From Chloroflexota bacterium (GTDB lineage Bacteria; Chloroflexota; UBA6077; JACCZL01), in contig JBJXFJ010000019.1 in the NCBI GenBank assembly GCA_046154735.1, positions 1 to 53,404 of the forward strand: a stretch of 53,404 nucleotides of DNA, written 5' to 3'. This document shows, piece by piece, positions 1 through 8,615 of the stretch. Below the pieces are notes generated by a model that did not search any database, was not told the origin of the DNA, and was given only the letters and a program-made list of their open reading frames with translations. How positions within the stretch are numbered: position 1 is the stretch's first letter; every line of letters begins with the position of its first letter. A program made the translations under genes and the position numbers.

Positions 1-103
1 GACCCGCTCGCTGACGGTCGCGGCTCGGAGCCGGAGTTGGTGTTCGCACCCGGTTATGGGGAGCTCAGTGGAGGACCCGCTCCGTGAAGGGATGCGGCTC
101 GGA
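1..103. repeat. Two direct copies of a REP-like palindromic repeat (1-29 and 74-103)
   Basis: GACCCGCTCGCTGACGGTCGCGGCTCGGA and GACCCGCTCCGTGAAGGGATGCGGCTCGGA share both ends and each forms a CCGC...GCGG hairpin; extragenic, just downstream of mug. Confidence 0.6.
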
Positions 104-107
104 TAAG

Positions 108-674
108 CTACTCGAGGAGCGTTTGTAGCTCGTCATAGCAGCGTGTGAGATCTTCCACGCGATAGTGCGCGTTTGCCGGGCTTGGATTTGGCGCCACAAC
201 GATGCGGATGTCACCCAGGCGACGTGCCTGCAAGCCTAGTGGCGCCGGCTCGTTTGGCGCGTTCAGGGCGTAGCGCGTAAACGCGCGATATCCGGTCACC
301 CCTTGAAAACAAGCTACTCGCGGCTGATACAGCTTCAATCGCTCGAGCAGTTGCGGGGACCAGAGTGCGTAATCCGCCGGTCGCAGCAACGCCGCGTTGG
401 GGCTGGGCGTCTTCACGACATCTGTGAATCCAATTCCGAACTCCATCAATAGCTGATCATCCTCGGGTCCGAGCACGTCCCGCTGCAGCGCGACCCGCGC
501 CCCCGAGCTCAACCGCGATCGCGAGAATGCCGGCCAGAATCGATTCGTTGAGCGTGCGAAGTAGTGGCCGCGCTCAACAGAGTACGAGCTCGGGTTGATG
601 CCGATCAACACCACGTCTAGGCTTTGTTGAAGCAGGTCTGGCAGCGTGTCAAATGGATACCGCGGCGCCGTCAT
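108..674 (-). CDS. mug: G/U mismatch-specific DNA glycosylase (MUG/TDG family)
   Basis: Motifs GINP..S...GHYFA...NRFW, GIGFTDVVK, PNPSPANA; ATG at 674 is 9 nt after GGAGG (alternative GTG at 680). Confidence 0.9.
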   Translation of the reverse strand: MTAPRYPFDTLPDLLQQSLDVVLIGINPSSYSVERGHYFARSTNRFWPAFSRSRLSSGARVALQRDVLGPEDDQLLMEFGIGFTDVVKTPSPNAALLRPADYALWSPQLLERLKLYQPRVACFQGVTGYRAFTRYALNAPNEPAPLGLQARRLGDIRIVVAPNPSPANAHYRVEDLTRCYDELQTLLE

Positions 675-680
675 CAGCAC

Positions 681-2300
681 CTACCTCCGACCAAACTGGC
701 GCTCGAGATCCTCGTGGCTCATCAAGATGGCGGTAGGGCGACCGTGGGCGCAGGCGCCGCAGATCTCGGCCTCTCCGAGCTGCTGGACCAGAGCTTGCAT
801 CTCAACTGGATCGAGCGCATCTCCAGCTCGGACGGCGCTGTGACAGGCAAGCCGCACGGCGATCAACTGGCGCCAATCGGTGGCCCGCGAACGCGATGCG
901 AGCTCGTCCAGCGTGTCGCTCAGCACTCGGAGAGCCTGGCGTTCTATCAATGCAGCTGGAATTGAGCGGACCAACAAGGCATCGCCACCGAATAGCTCAC
1001 ACTCATAGCCAAGCTGCTGGAGCTCCAGGACTGCCTCTTCTAATGATTCTCCCAGACCGACCTGAATGCGTACGACCGCCGGTTCCATGAGGTACTGCAC
1101 CGCGTGCTGCCGGCCACCGTCAACGATGCGCTCGAGCATGACCCGTTCATGAGCCGCGTGCTGATCCACCAGATAGAGGCCGTGCTCGCCCTCGGCGATG
1201 ATGTATGTCTGAGCCGCCTGGCCCAGGACTCGGAGCGGGCGCTCGCCGTGCTCCTGCTCAGCATGCATTCCGTGAGCCGCTTCCGCATACTGGGCCGCGA
1301 GCACGGCATCATGGACGGCACGCTGAACGAGCGCGAAGAGAGCGCGCTCACGCTGAAATCGAACCTCGATTTTGCGCGGGTGGACATTCACATCCATCTC
1401 GGCGGGCGGGATGTCCAGCCGCAGAACGGCCAGCGGGAACCGTCCCGTTGGCGTCCAAGTACGGCAGGCTTCTTCCACAGCGAAGTTTAGTTGCCGACTC
1501 TGCACCCAGCGTCCATTCACGATGAACGTGATGCCGCCCCGCGTGGGTCGGTGCAGCATGGCGTGGCCCAGCACGCCTGATACTCTGGTCTCGGACGATC
1601 GGTCCGTTGCTTCGACAGCGAGTAATTGGGCACGATCAGTCACGCCCAGCACCTGGGCCGCCACCTGCTTGGGATCATTCTCGCCCGTGGATTCAAATGT
1701 CACCCGACCATCTACTCGGAGGCTGAAGGCCACATCAGGACGCGTCAGTGCGAGCTGCTGGACGAGCTGAGTGATTCCGCCGGTCTCTGCCCCACGGCCG
1801 CGAAGAAACTTACGCCGCGCCGGAGTGCGCAGGAACAGATCCTCCACAATCATCGTGGTGCCTACGTCTCGAGCAGAATGCGAAACGGCTCCGACTTCGC
1901 CAAAACTCACCGTGAGCCGCGTGGCCGCCGGTGCACTTGCCGTTCGGGTGATACAGGTCATGTGGGCGACAGCCGCAATACTGGGCAAGGCCTCCCCACG
2001 GAAACCCAGCGTCACCAGGTGCATAAGATCGTCATCGCTGCGCAGCTTGCTGGTGGCATACCGGAGAAACGCGGTTGCAAGCTGTTGGGCGGGAATGCCA
2101 AGGCCGTCATCGGCAACGACGAGCCGATCGATCCCACCGCCTTCCACCTCGATCTCGATCCGCTGAGCCTGGGCGTCGAGTGCGTTTTCAATCAGCTCTT
2201 TCACTGCTGAAGCCGGTCGTTCAATGACCTCACCCGCGGCTATGCGCGCCGCGACATCCGATGTGAGCACGCGAATCTCGCCCGAGGGGCTGGCAATCAT
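681..2300 (-). CDS. mutL: DNA mismatch repair endonuclease MutL
   Basis: IAAGEVIERPASAVKELIENALDA, TLGFRGEALPSIA, DVNVHP, and endonuclease motifs DQHAAHERV, ACH and CAHGRP. Confidence 0.97.
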   Translation of the reverse strand: MIASPSGEIRVLTSDVAARIAAGEVIERPASAVKELIENALDAQAQRIEIEVEGGGIDRLVVADDGLGIPAQQLATAFLRYATSKLRSDDDLMHLVTLGFRGEALPSIAAVAHMTCITRTASAPAATRLTVSFGEVGAVSHSARDVGTTMIVEDLFLRTPARRKFLRGRGAETGGITQLVQQLALTRPDVAFSLRVDGRVTFESTGENDPKQVAAQVLGVTDRAQLLAVEATDRSSETRVSGVLGHAMLHRPTRGGITFIVNGRWVQSRQLNFAVEEACRTWTPTGRFPLAVLRLDIPPAEMDVNVHPRKIEVRFQRERALFALVQRAVHDAVLAAQYAEAAHGMHAEQEHGERPLRVLGQAAQTYIIAEGEHGLYLVDQHAAHERVMLERIVDGGRQHAVQYLMEPAVVRIQVGLGESLEEAVLELQQLGYECELFGGDALLVRSIPAALIERQALRVLSDTLDELASRSRATDWRQLIAVRLACHSAVRAGDALDPVEMQALVQQLGEAEICGACAHGRPTAILMSHEDLERQFGRR

Positions 2301-4978
2301 CGACGGATCCCCGCGTCGTCCTCATCGGCAATTGTCTTAAGAGCAAGAAGCTCTTCCAGGGCCTGCAGCGGTGTCAAATTGAGTGGTTCAAGTGTTCGGA
2401 TACGTCGAAGTGTCCGAGTGTCGGCAGTGTGTGGGAGGGCGCGCGACAGGGGCACTCGCGAGGTCTCGGCGCCTGCCTCAAGCTCACTGAGTATCTCCTC
2501 GGCACGATTGGCCACTGCCGCGGGAACGCCGGCGAGACGGGCAACATAGACGCCGTAGCTTCGGTCGGCGCCACCCGGCACCACGCGATGTAGGAAGATA
2601 ACTTCGGCACCCTGTTCCAGCACCTCGAGGCGCACGGGTTGAAGCCCCGCGAGCTGCTCGGCGAGCTCGGCTAGTTCATGATAATGCGTGGCGAACAGCG
2701 TTCGGCAGCGCAGGCGCGGATCATCGTGGAGGTATTCCAGCACTGCCTGGGCCACGGCTCGGCCATCGTGCGTGCTAGTGCCACGGCCCACTTCGTCCAG
2801 AATCACCAAGCTCCGTGGCGTGGCGTTTCGCAAAATGTGGGCCGTCTCTACCATCTCCACCATGAAGGTGCTCTGGCGGCCCGCGAGATCGTCTTGCGCG
2901 CCAATTCGTGTGAACACCCGATCCGCAATGCCGATGCGCGCCTGCGAGGCCGGCACGAACGAACCGGCTTGCGCCAGAATCGTGGCAATGGCAACCTGGC
3001 GCAGAAACGTGCTCTTGCCGGCCATATTCGGCCCGGTGACCAGCATGATCCGACCGTGAGACTCGTCCAACGTAATATCGTTGGGGGTGAACTCGCCGAA
3101 GCCGAGCGCACCCTCGACCACGGGATGACGGAGTGACTCGATTTCGAGCGTGGGCTCTGTCACGAGCTGAGGACGCGTAAAGCGCTGACGCGTGGCAACC
3201 TCGGCAAATGAGGCAAGCGCGTCGATCTCACCGATCGCGGCCCCGGCGTCCGCGATCCTCCGAGCGTGCGCGCCAAGGTCGGACAGGAGCGTCCCAAAGA
3301 GACGTCGCTCAATACGCTCCACCTCATCTTGTGCGGTGGAAGCGCGCTTCTCATATGCTTCGAGATCGCGGGTTACGAACCGCTCCGCGGTGGTCAAGGT
3401 CTGCTTCCGGGTATAGCCGAGACGAACCAGGTGATCGCCAATTGTGTCCGCGCTGGTCTGCTCGCGCTGATAGTAATCCGTGGGCTGACCGAGTACCGCT
3501 AGGCTGACCTCCAGGAAGTAGCCAAACACGCGGTTGTAGCCGACCTTTAGGCTCTTGACGCCGCTTCGCTCGCGCTCCTGGCCCTCCAGTGTGGCAATCC
3601 AGGAGCGCGTATCTCCAACTAGCGCGCGTAGCTCGTCCAGTTCACTGGACACGCCAGCTCGAATGGTGCCGGCACCCAGTACCGCGGGCGGTTCATCGGC
3701 AATGGTTGCGCGGATCTGAACAACCTGCCCAGAGAACCCGCCAAGCTGGCTTGCAGCTTCCCCAAGAAGATTCAGACCACGCAGCTCAGTGTTCAGTCGA
3801 GACATCGCCGCCAGTCCATCTGCTAGGGCGAGGAGTCCACGAGGACCCAGTGTTGCTTGTGCCAGCCGCGTGCTCAGGCGCTCAACATCCGGGATTTCCC
3901 CCAACACTTGCCTCAGGCGCTGGCGAGCCAGGGCGTTGGTGGTGAGCTCCTCCACTCGGTCCAGACGTCTGTTGATGTCCCCAATGTCTAAAAGTGGTTG
4001 GGTGAGCCATCGGCGCACACAGCGAGCGCCCATGGCTGAGCAGGTTCGATCTAGCACACCCAGCACTGATCCGTCTTTCCCGCTGGATCGAAGCCCCGCG
4101 GTAAGCTCCAGATTGCGCCGCGTCCCGCTATCGAGAATCATGTAGCGACTGAGAGAATACGATTGAAGACGATCCAGGACGGATAGCGCGCCCGGGACGG
4201 TATCGGCCACATAGCCGATCGCCAATGCCACCGCCTGAGACGCAAGGGGCTGCTGATCGAGCCCCAGAGGCTGCAGCGAGGGTACGCCAAAGTGATCTCG
4301 GAGTCGTGCGAGCACGTTGCGATCAGAGAGATCGAATGCCGGACGCGCCGTCACACGGCAACCTTCCGGCAACAGTTCTCGAACCGCTGAAACGGTGTCA
4401 TCGGCAGTAATGCACTCTGAGGGGGCAAGTCGAGCCAACTCAGCTTGAAGCAGCTCGCGCCACCCCTCACCCTGGGCCATCGTGCAGGTTAAGACCCCCG
4501 TGCTCACATCGGTCGCGGCCAGGCCGGCCCCGCCGTCCTGCAGCACAATGGCTACAAGAAAGTTATTGGATGGGGACTGGAGCAGGTGCTCCTCGACAAT
4601 AGTCCCGGGAGAAAGCACGCGGACGACCTGGCGCCCCATGAGTCCGCGCACCGCAGACTCGCCCACTTGCTCGCACATTGCCACGCGCTGGCCCGCGGAG
4701 AGTAACCGGCCCACGTACGTGTCCGCGGCGTGAAATGGAATGCCCGCCATTGGAACCCGCGCGCCCTGGCCCATATCGCGCTGGGTGAGCACGATTTCTA
4801 GGACCTCTGACGCAATCTTAGCGTCGTCGTCAAAGGTCTCGTAGAAATCACCGAGCCTGAACAACAGCAGCGCGTCTGGATGACGCTGCTTTATGTCAAG
4901 ATACTGCCGCCGCAATGGCGACATGGGTATAAATTCGGAGCCGCCAAAGCTTAGCTGGTCGGCGACGCGCTGTGACAA
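2297..4978 (-). CDS. mutS: DNA mismatch repair protein MutS
   Basis: LFRLGDFYETF, TGPNMAGKST, STFMVEM, DEVGRGTST, FATHYHEL, SYGVYVA; TTG start; 4-nt overlap with mutL. Confidence 0.98.
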   Translation of the reverse strand: MSQRVADQLSFGGSEFIPMSPLRRQYLDIKQRHPDALLLFRLGDFYETFDDDAKIASEVLEIVLTQRDMGQGARVPMAGIPFHAADTYVGRLLSAGQRVAMCEQVGESAVRGLMGRQVVRVLSPGTIVEEHLLQSPSNNFLVAIVLQDGGAGLAATDVSTGVLTCTMAQGEGWRELLQAELARLAPSECITADDTVSAVRELLPEGCRVTARPAFDLSDRNVLARLRDHFGVPSLQPLGLDQQPLASQAVALAIGYVADTVPGALSVLDRLQSYSLSRYMILDSGTRRNLELTAGLRSSGKDGSVLGVLDRTCSAMGARCVRRWLTQPLLDIGDINRRLDRVEELTTNALARQRLRQVLGEIPDVERLSTRLAQATLGPRGLLALADGLAAMSRLNTELRGLNLLGEAASQLGGFSGQVVQIRATIADEPPAVLGAGTIRAGVSSELDELRALVGDTRSWIATLEGQERERSGVKSLKVGYNRVFGYFLEVSLAVLGQPTDYYQREQTSADTIGDHLVRLGYTRKQTLTTAERFVTRDLEAYEKRASTAQDEVERIERRLFGTLLSDLGAHARRIADAGAAIGEIDALASFAEVATRQRFTRPQLVTEPTLEIESLRHPVVEGALGFGEFTPNDITLDESHGRIMLVTGPNMAGKSTFLRQVAIATILAQAGSFVPASQARIGIADRVFTRIGAQDDLAGRQSTFMVEMVETAHILRNATPRSLVILDEVGRGTSTHDGRAVAQAVLEYLHDDPRLRCRTLFATHYHELAELAEQLAGLQPVRLEVLEQGAEVIFLHRVVPGGADRSYGVYVARLAGVPAAVANRAEEILSELEAGAETSRVPLSRALPHTADTRTLRRIRTLEPLNLTPLQALEELLALKTIADEDDAGIRR

Positions 4979-5010
4979 GGTGGAGACCCTACGGAAGCGG
5001 ACTTCTCCGG

Positions 5011-5038
5011 AGTATACCGCCTGCGCACGCGGTCTGAA
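5011..5038 (-). promoter_or_regulatory. Putative sigma70 promoter of mutS-mutL-mug
   Basis: Minus strand TTCAGA-N16-TATACT, about 33 nt upstream of the mutS start. Confidence 0.35.
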
Positions 5039-5106
5039 GCTGAGCGGTGCCGCCCCCGAAGGGACTCGACTGCTCGTCGGCAGTCCACTGGCACAGGCGG
5101 CCTGCG

Positions 5107-6471
5107 CTAGGCTCGGATCGGCTCAGAAGATGGAATCTCCGTCCCATCGCCGCCGCTGCCATACTGTGCGGAGTCATAGCCTCGGCCCATGCCCCGGTAG
5201 TGAAAGCCGAGCCCCGCCATCTCCTTGGGATCGTAAATGTTGCGTCCATCAATGAGCAGTGGGTAGAGCATGGACTCCCGCACGCGGCGCATGTTGAGCG
5301 ATTTGAACTCGTTCCAGTCTGTCATGAGGATAAGCGCGTGGGCCCCGGCGGCCACTTCATAGGCGTCGCTGCACATATGCACTGAGGGGAGCATGGTCTG
5401 AGCATGTTCCATTGCAGCCGGGTCAAATGCCTGCACGTGCGCCCCCTCCTGAACCAGCAAGTGAATGATTTCAAGTGCGGGCGCCTCGCGGAGATCGTCG
5501 GTATTCGGCTTAAAGGCTAGGCCCAGTACGCCGATTCGGCGATCCTCCAGCGAGCCCAAGCCTTCACGCACTTTAATTAACACGCTCCGACGCGCATCAT
5601 GATTGATGTCCATGACCGCCCGGAGGAGTTGCGGATGGCAGCCGTGCACGGCTGCCATATGGGCAAGTGCCATGATGTCTTTGGGAAAGCATGAGCCGCC
5701 GTAGCCCACACCCGCCTCGAGAAAGGCCGGGCCCACGCGCTTATCCAGTCCCATACCACGGGCAACTTCTTTCACATCCGCCCCAAGACGTTCGCAAATG
5801 GCGGCCATCTCGTTAATGAAGCTGATTTTTGTGGCCAGGAATGCATTCGATGCGTATTTGATCATTTCCGCCGTGCGTAGGTCGGTGATCATAATTGGAG
5901 CGTTGAGTGGTGCGTACAATTCCGCAACAATCTTCGCGGCTTCCGGTTCGGTGGAGCCCAGTACTACGCGATCAGGATTCATGAAATCCGCGATAGCGGA
6001 TCCCTCACGCAGAAACTCCGGATTGGAAACCACGGAGAACGGCACCCGATCCTCCACGTAGCGCCCCACCATCATCGTGACCCAGTCACCCGTGCCAATG
6101 GGCATGGTGCTCTTATTGATGATGATCGAGCTCGGGCTCAAGTGCTCCGCAATGCTCTGGGTGGCCGAACGCGCCTGCGACATATTCGCCTCGCCAGCCT
6201 GGCCGGCGGGCGTATTTACCGCGATGTAGATGAATTGAGCCGGCGGGACCGCACGTTGGTACGATGAGGTGAAATGAAGTCGGCCGGCACGCACGTTGCG
6301 GCCCACCACTTCTTCCAGGCCTGGCTCATAGATCGGGATCTGGCCGGCGTTGAGACGGGCGACCTTCGCTTCATCGATATCGACGCAGGTGACGTCGTTT
6401 CCCAGGTCAGCCAGGCATGCGCCAGTGACCAGTCCGACATACCCGGTGCCAATAACGCAGATATTCGACAA
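5107..6471 (-). CDS. ugd: UDP-glucose/GDP-mannose 6-dehydrogenase family protein
   Basis: [63 protein letters not shown]. Confidence 0.95.
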   Translation of the reverse strand: MSNICVIGTGYVGLVTGACLADLGNDVTCVDIDEAKVARLNAGQIPIYEPGLEEVVGRNVRAGRLHFTSSYQRAVPPAQFIYIAVNTPAGQAGEANMSQARSATQSIAEHLSPSSIIINKSTMPIGTGDWVTMMVGRYVEDRVPFSVVSNPEFLREGSAIADFMNPDRVVLGSTEPEAAKIVAELYAPLNAPIMITDLRTAEMIKYASNAFLATKISFINEMAAICERLGADVKEVARGMGLDKRVGPAFLEAGVGYGGSCFPKDIMALAHMAAVHGCHPQLLRAVMDINHDARRSVLIKVREGLGSLEDRRIGVLGLAFKPNTDDLREAPALEIIHLLVQEGAHVQAFDPAAMEHAQTMLPSVHMCSDAYEVAAGAHALILMTDWNEFKSLNMRRVRESMLYPLLIDGRNIYDPKEMAGLGFHYRGMGRGYDSAQYGSGGDGTEIPSSEPIRA

Positions 6472-6528
6472 GTTACACCTTCCCTCTCATCGTGCTCATA
6501 TACGCGTCTGTGATTGCGATTTCTTCAT

Positions 6529-7578
6529 TCATGATTGAACGCTTCCAGAGGCAGGCTCGGGATGTGGAGGTTCCACCGGTCTCCCTCGGATTTCCTGTCG
6601 CAGCCGTCCGGCACGCTGCTGGACGGCAGAGAGACTCAGGCCCTCCCGAGCGAGCAGGATAATTCCAAGCACCGCGATCGGCAGCACCAAGACGGCATGA
6701 GTGACGATGGCATAGGCCGCGGCCTCAGCCTGACCGATACCGAAACCGCTACTCAGCACGGATTGCAATGGCAGATGAAACGTCCCCACGTAGCCGGGTG
6801 ACGATGGGATGATTGTGGCCAGATTTGCCGCGGACATCCCCAGCATTGCTCCGCCCAAGCCAACCGGGAGAGCAAATCCGATCAACAGTAACCAATATAC
6901 AGAGGCTTCAGCCAGCCAGCAAGCGACAGTGAGTCCAAGCACCGGGACAAGGACCGAGACGCGTCGTAACGTAGCAAAGCCCTCAAGGAAAGCTGCCGCG
7001 TGCTTCAGCACCAGATCGCGCAGGTGCGTTGAGGCCGGCCGAAGCACGAGCCCCAAACACCCAGTAACAAATCGCGGGGCAAGAGCCGCAACAAAGATTC
7101 CGACCGTGGCGAGACCAAATGCCGTGGCCGCCAGGATAACACCCTGGCGCATCCAATCTTCCAACGGAAGGCTGAGTAATCCGGTCAGGAGTATCAGGCA
7201 CAGAAACAGACCATCCAGAATACGCTCGACGACAATCGAACCAAGTGTCGCGGCGGCGGGTACGCCATGCGAGCGCAGGACCAGCCAGGCGCGCAGCACT
7301 TCACCAAGCCGGACTGGAAGCACGTTGTTCACGCCGAAGCCAATCAGCTCAACCACATTAAGTCGCCGAGCGGACACGGCCGCCACCGGCTCCAGCAGAC
7401 GTTGCCAGCGCAGGGCGCGCAGCCACACCCCGAGAAAATAGGCGGCCATCGCCGGGAGAATGAAGAGCACATTGAGTGAGAGTATGTGCTGGAGAAGATC
7501 TCCGAGGTTCACTCCGCGCAAGAGTAAGGCGACGAAGGCAACACTCGAGAGAAGTCCGAGGACCAGTCGAGCCTTCAT
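6529..7578 (-). CDS. UPF0104 / lysylphosphatidylglycerol synthase TM-domain (flippase-like) membrane protein
   Basis: Multi-TM; LRALRW, NNVLPVRLGEVLRA, VERILD, IPSSPGYVGTF. Confidence 0.85.
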   Translation of the reverse strand: MKARLVLGLLSSVAFVALLLRGVNLGDLLQHILSLNVLFILPAMAAYFLGVWLRALRWQRLLEPVAAVSARRLNVVELIGFGVNNVLPVRLGEVLRAWLVLRSHGVPAAATLGSIVVERILDGLFLCLILLTGLLSLPLEDWMRQGVILAATAFGLATVGIFVAALAPRFVTGCLGLVLRPASTHLRDLVLKHAAAFLEGFATLRRVSVLVPVLGLTVACWLAEASVYWLLLIGFALPVGLGGAMLGMSAANLATIIPSSPGYVGTFHLPLQSVLSSGFGIGQAEAAAYAIVTHAVLVLPIAVLGIILLAREGLSLSAVQQRAGRLRQEIRGRPVEPPHPEPASGSVQS

Positions 7579-8603
7579 TGGACTCCGCGTGAAGCAGGCG
7601 GCAAAGCGATTTCCTCACTGGCACGTTCTGTTTGGAAAAGTGTGGTGAGCTTGATGTTTTGGCGCCCCAGGAAGTAGAGACCGATCACGGTCACCAGCGC
7701 ATATTGCATCACATGGGAAACGACCGCCAGGGCCAGGCCGGTCTCGCGGGGAACGTCAAACACGCTCAGTGCAGAAACGGCAAAGAACTGAAATGTGCCC
7801 ACATAGCCAGGCGCTGAAGGAATCATAATTCCGAGGTTGACCATGACCAGGAGCAAGCATACGGCAGCAACAAGCCTGAGCGGACTCAAGGGCAAATCAA
7901 ATCCCAGCGCCAGAAGATAGTACGACAACCCCTCAAGTAGCCATATTGTGCACGATAGCAAGGCAACGGTGCCGACGCGCTGGATTCGACGCATGCTCTC
8001 GAGTCCCATGAGAAACATTTCGAATGCACTTGATATCCAGAATCCGATGCGCTCCGGCAACCCGCCGGCTGCCCGGCGCAGTATCGCCGCGGCCAGTTGC
8101 TGTCGCGTCACTACCAGCGCGATCCCGCCCGCTAGCCCAAAGAACAAGACGGTAGAGGCGAGCTGCACCTCCCGTCCCCACTCAGGCAGAGGGAGTCGCG
8201 TGGAAAGAGCGAAGAGAATGAGGATGAGCACGAGACCATCAAAGACACGCTCAAGAAAAATCGTTGCGATGAAGAAGGTCTTGCGCAGCCCGGTGCGCCG
8301 ACGCCCCAGGTATGCACGAGCGAGCTCTCCGAGACGAGCGGGTACGAGGTTGTTGGTCGCAAACCCGATCATAAGTATGCCGAAGAGCGTGGGGAAGCCG
8401 ATGTGGACACTCTGTGAGAGGATCGACCTCCATCGATAGGCCCGGAGCACATAGCCCAGGAGTGTGCAAAGCGCCGCGGGCACCAGCAACGCATAATTGG
8501 CGCTTCGCAGGGCCCCGATTAACTCATCGACGTTCACGCGATAAAACGCGAGTCCAAGGAAGACGAGTGTGAGCACCACGCCGATCAGGCGGTTTCGACT
8601 CAT
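7575..8603 (-). CDS. UPF0104 / LPG-synthase TM-domain (flippase-like) membrane protein
   Basis: LRAYRW, NNLVPARLGELARA, LERVFD, IPSAPGYVGTF. Confidence 0.85.
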   Translation of the reverse strand: MSRNRLIGVVLTLVFLGLAFYRVNVDELIGALRSANYALLVPAALCTLLGYVLRAYRWRSILSQSVHIGFPTLFGILMIGFATNNLVPARLGELARAYLGRRRTGLRKTFFIATIFLERVFDGLVLILILFALSTRLPLPEWGREVQLASTVLFFGLAGGIALVVTRQQLAAAILRRAAGGLPERIGFWISSAFEMFLMGLESMRRIQRVGTVALLSCTIWLLEGLSYYLLALGFDLPLSPLRLVAAVCLLLVMVNLGIMIPSAPGYVGTFQFFAVSALSVFDVPRETGLALAVVSHVMQYALVTVIGLYFLGRQNIKLTTLFQTERASEEIALPPASRGVQ

Positions 8604-8615
8604 GCCGTCGCCTCG

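Noticed and set aside
1-103. Possible CRISPR array
   Set aside because: Only two non-identical units and no cas genes; a REP-like repeat explains it better
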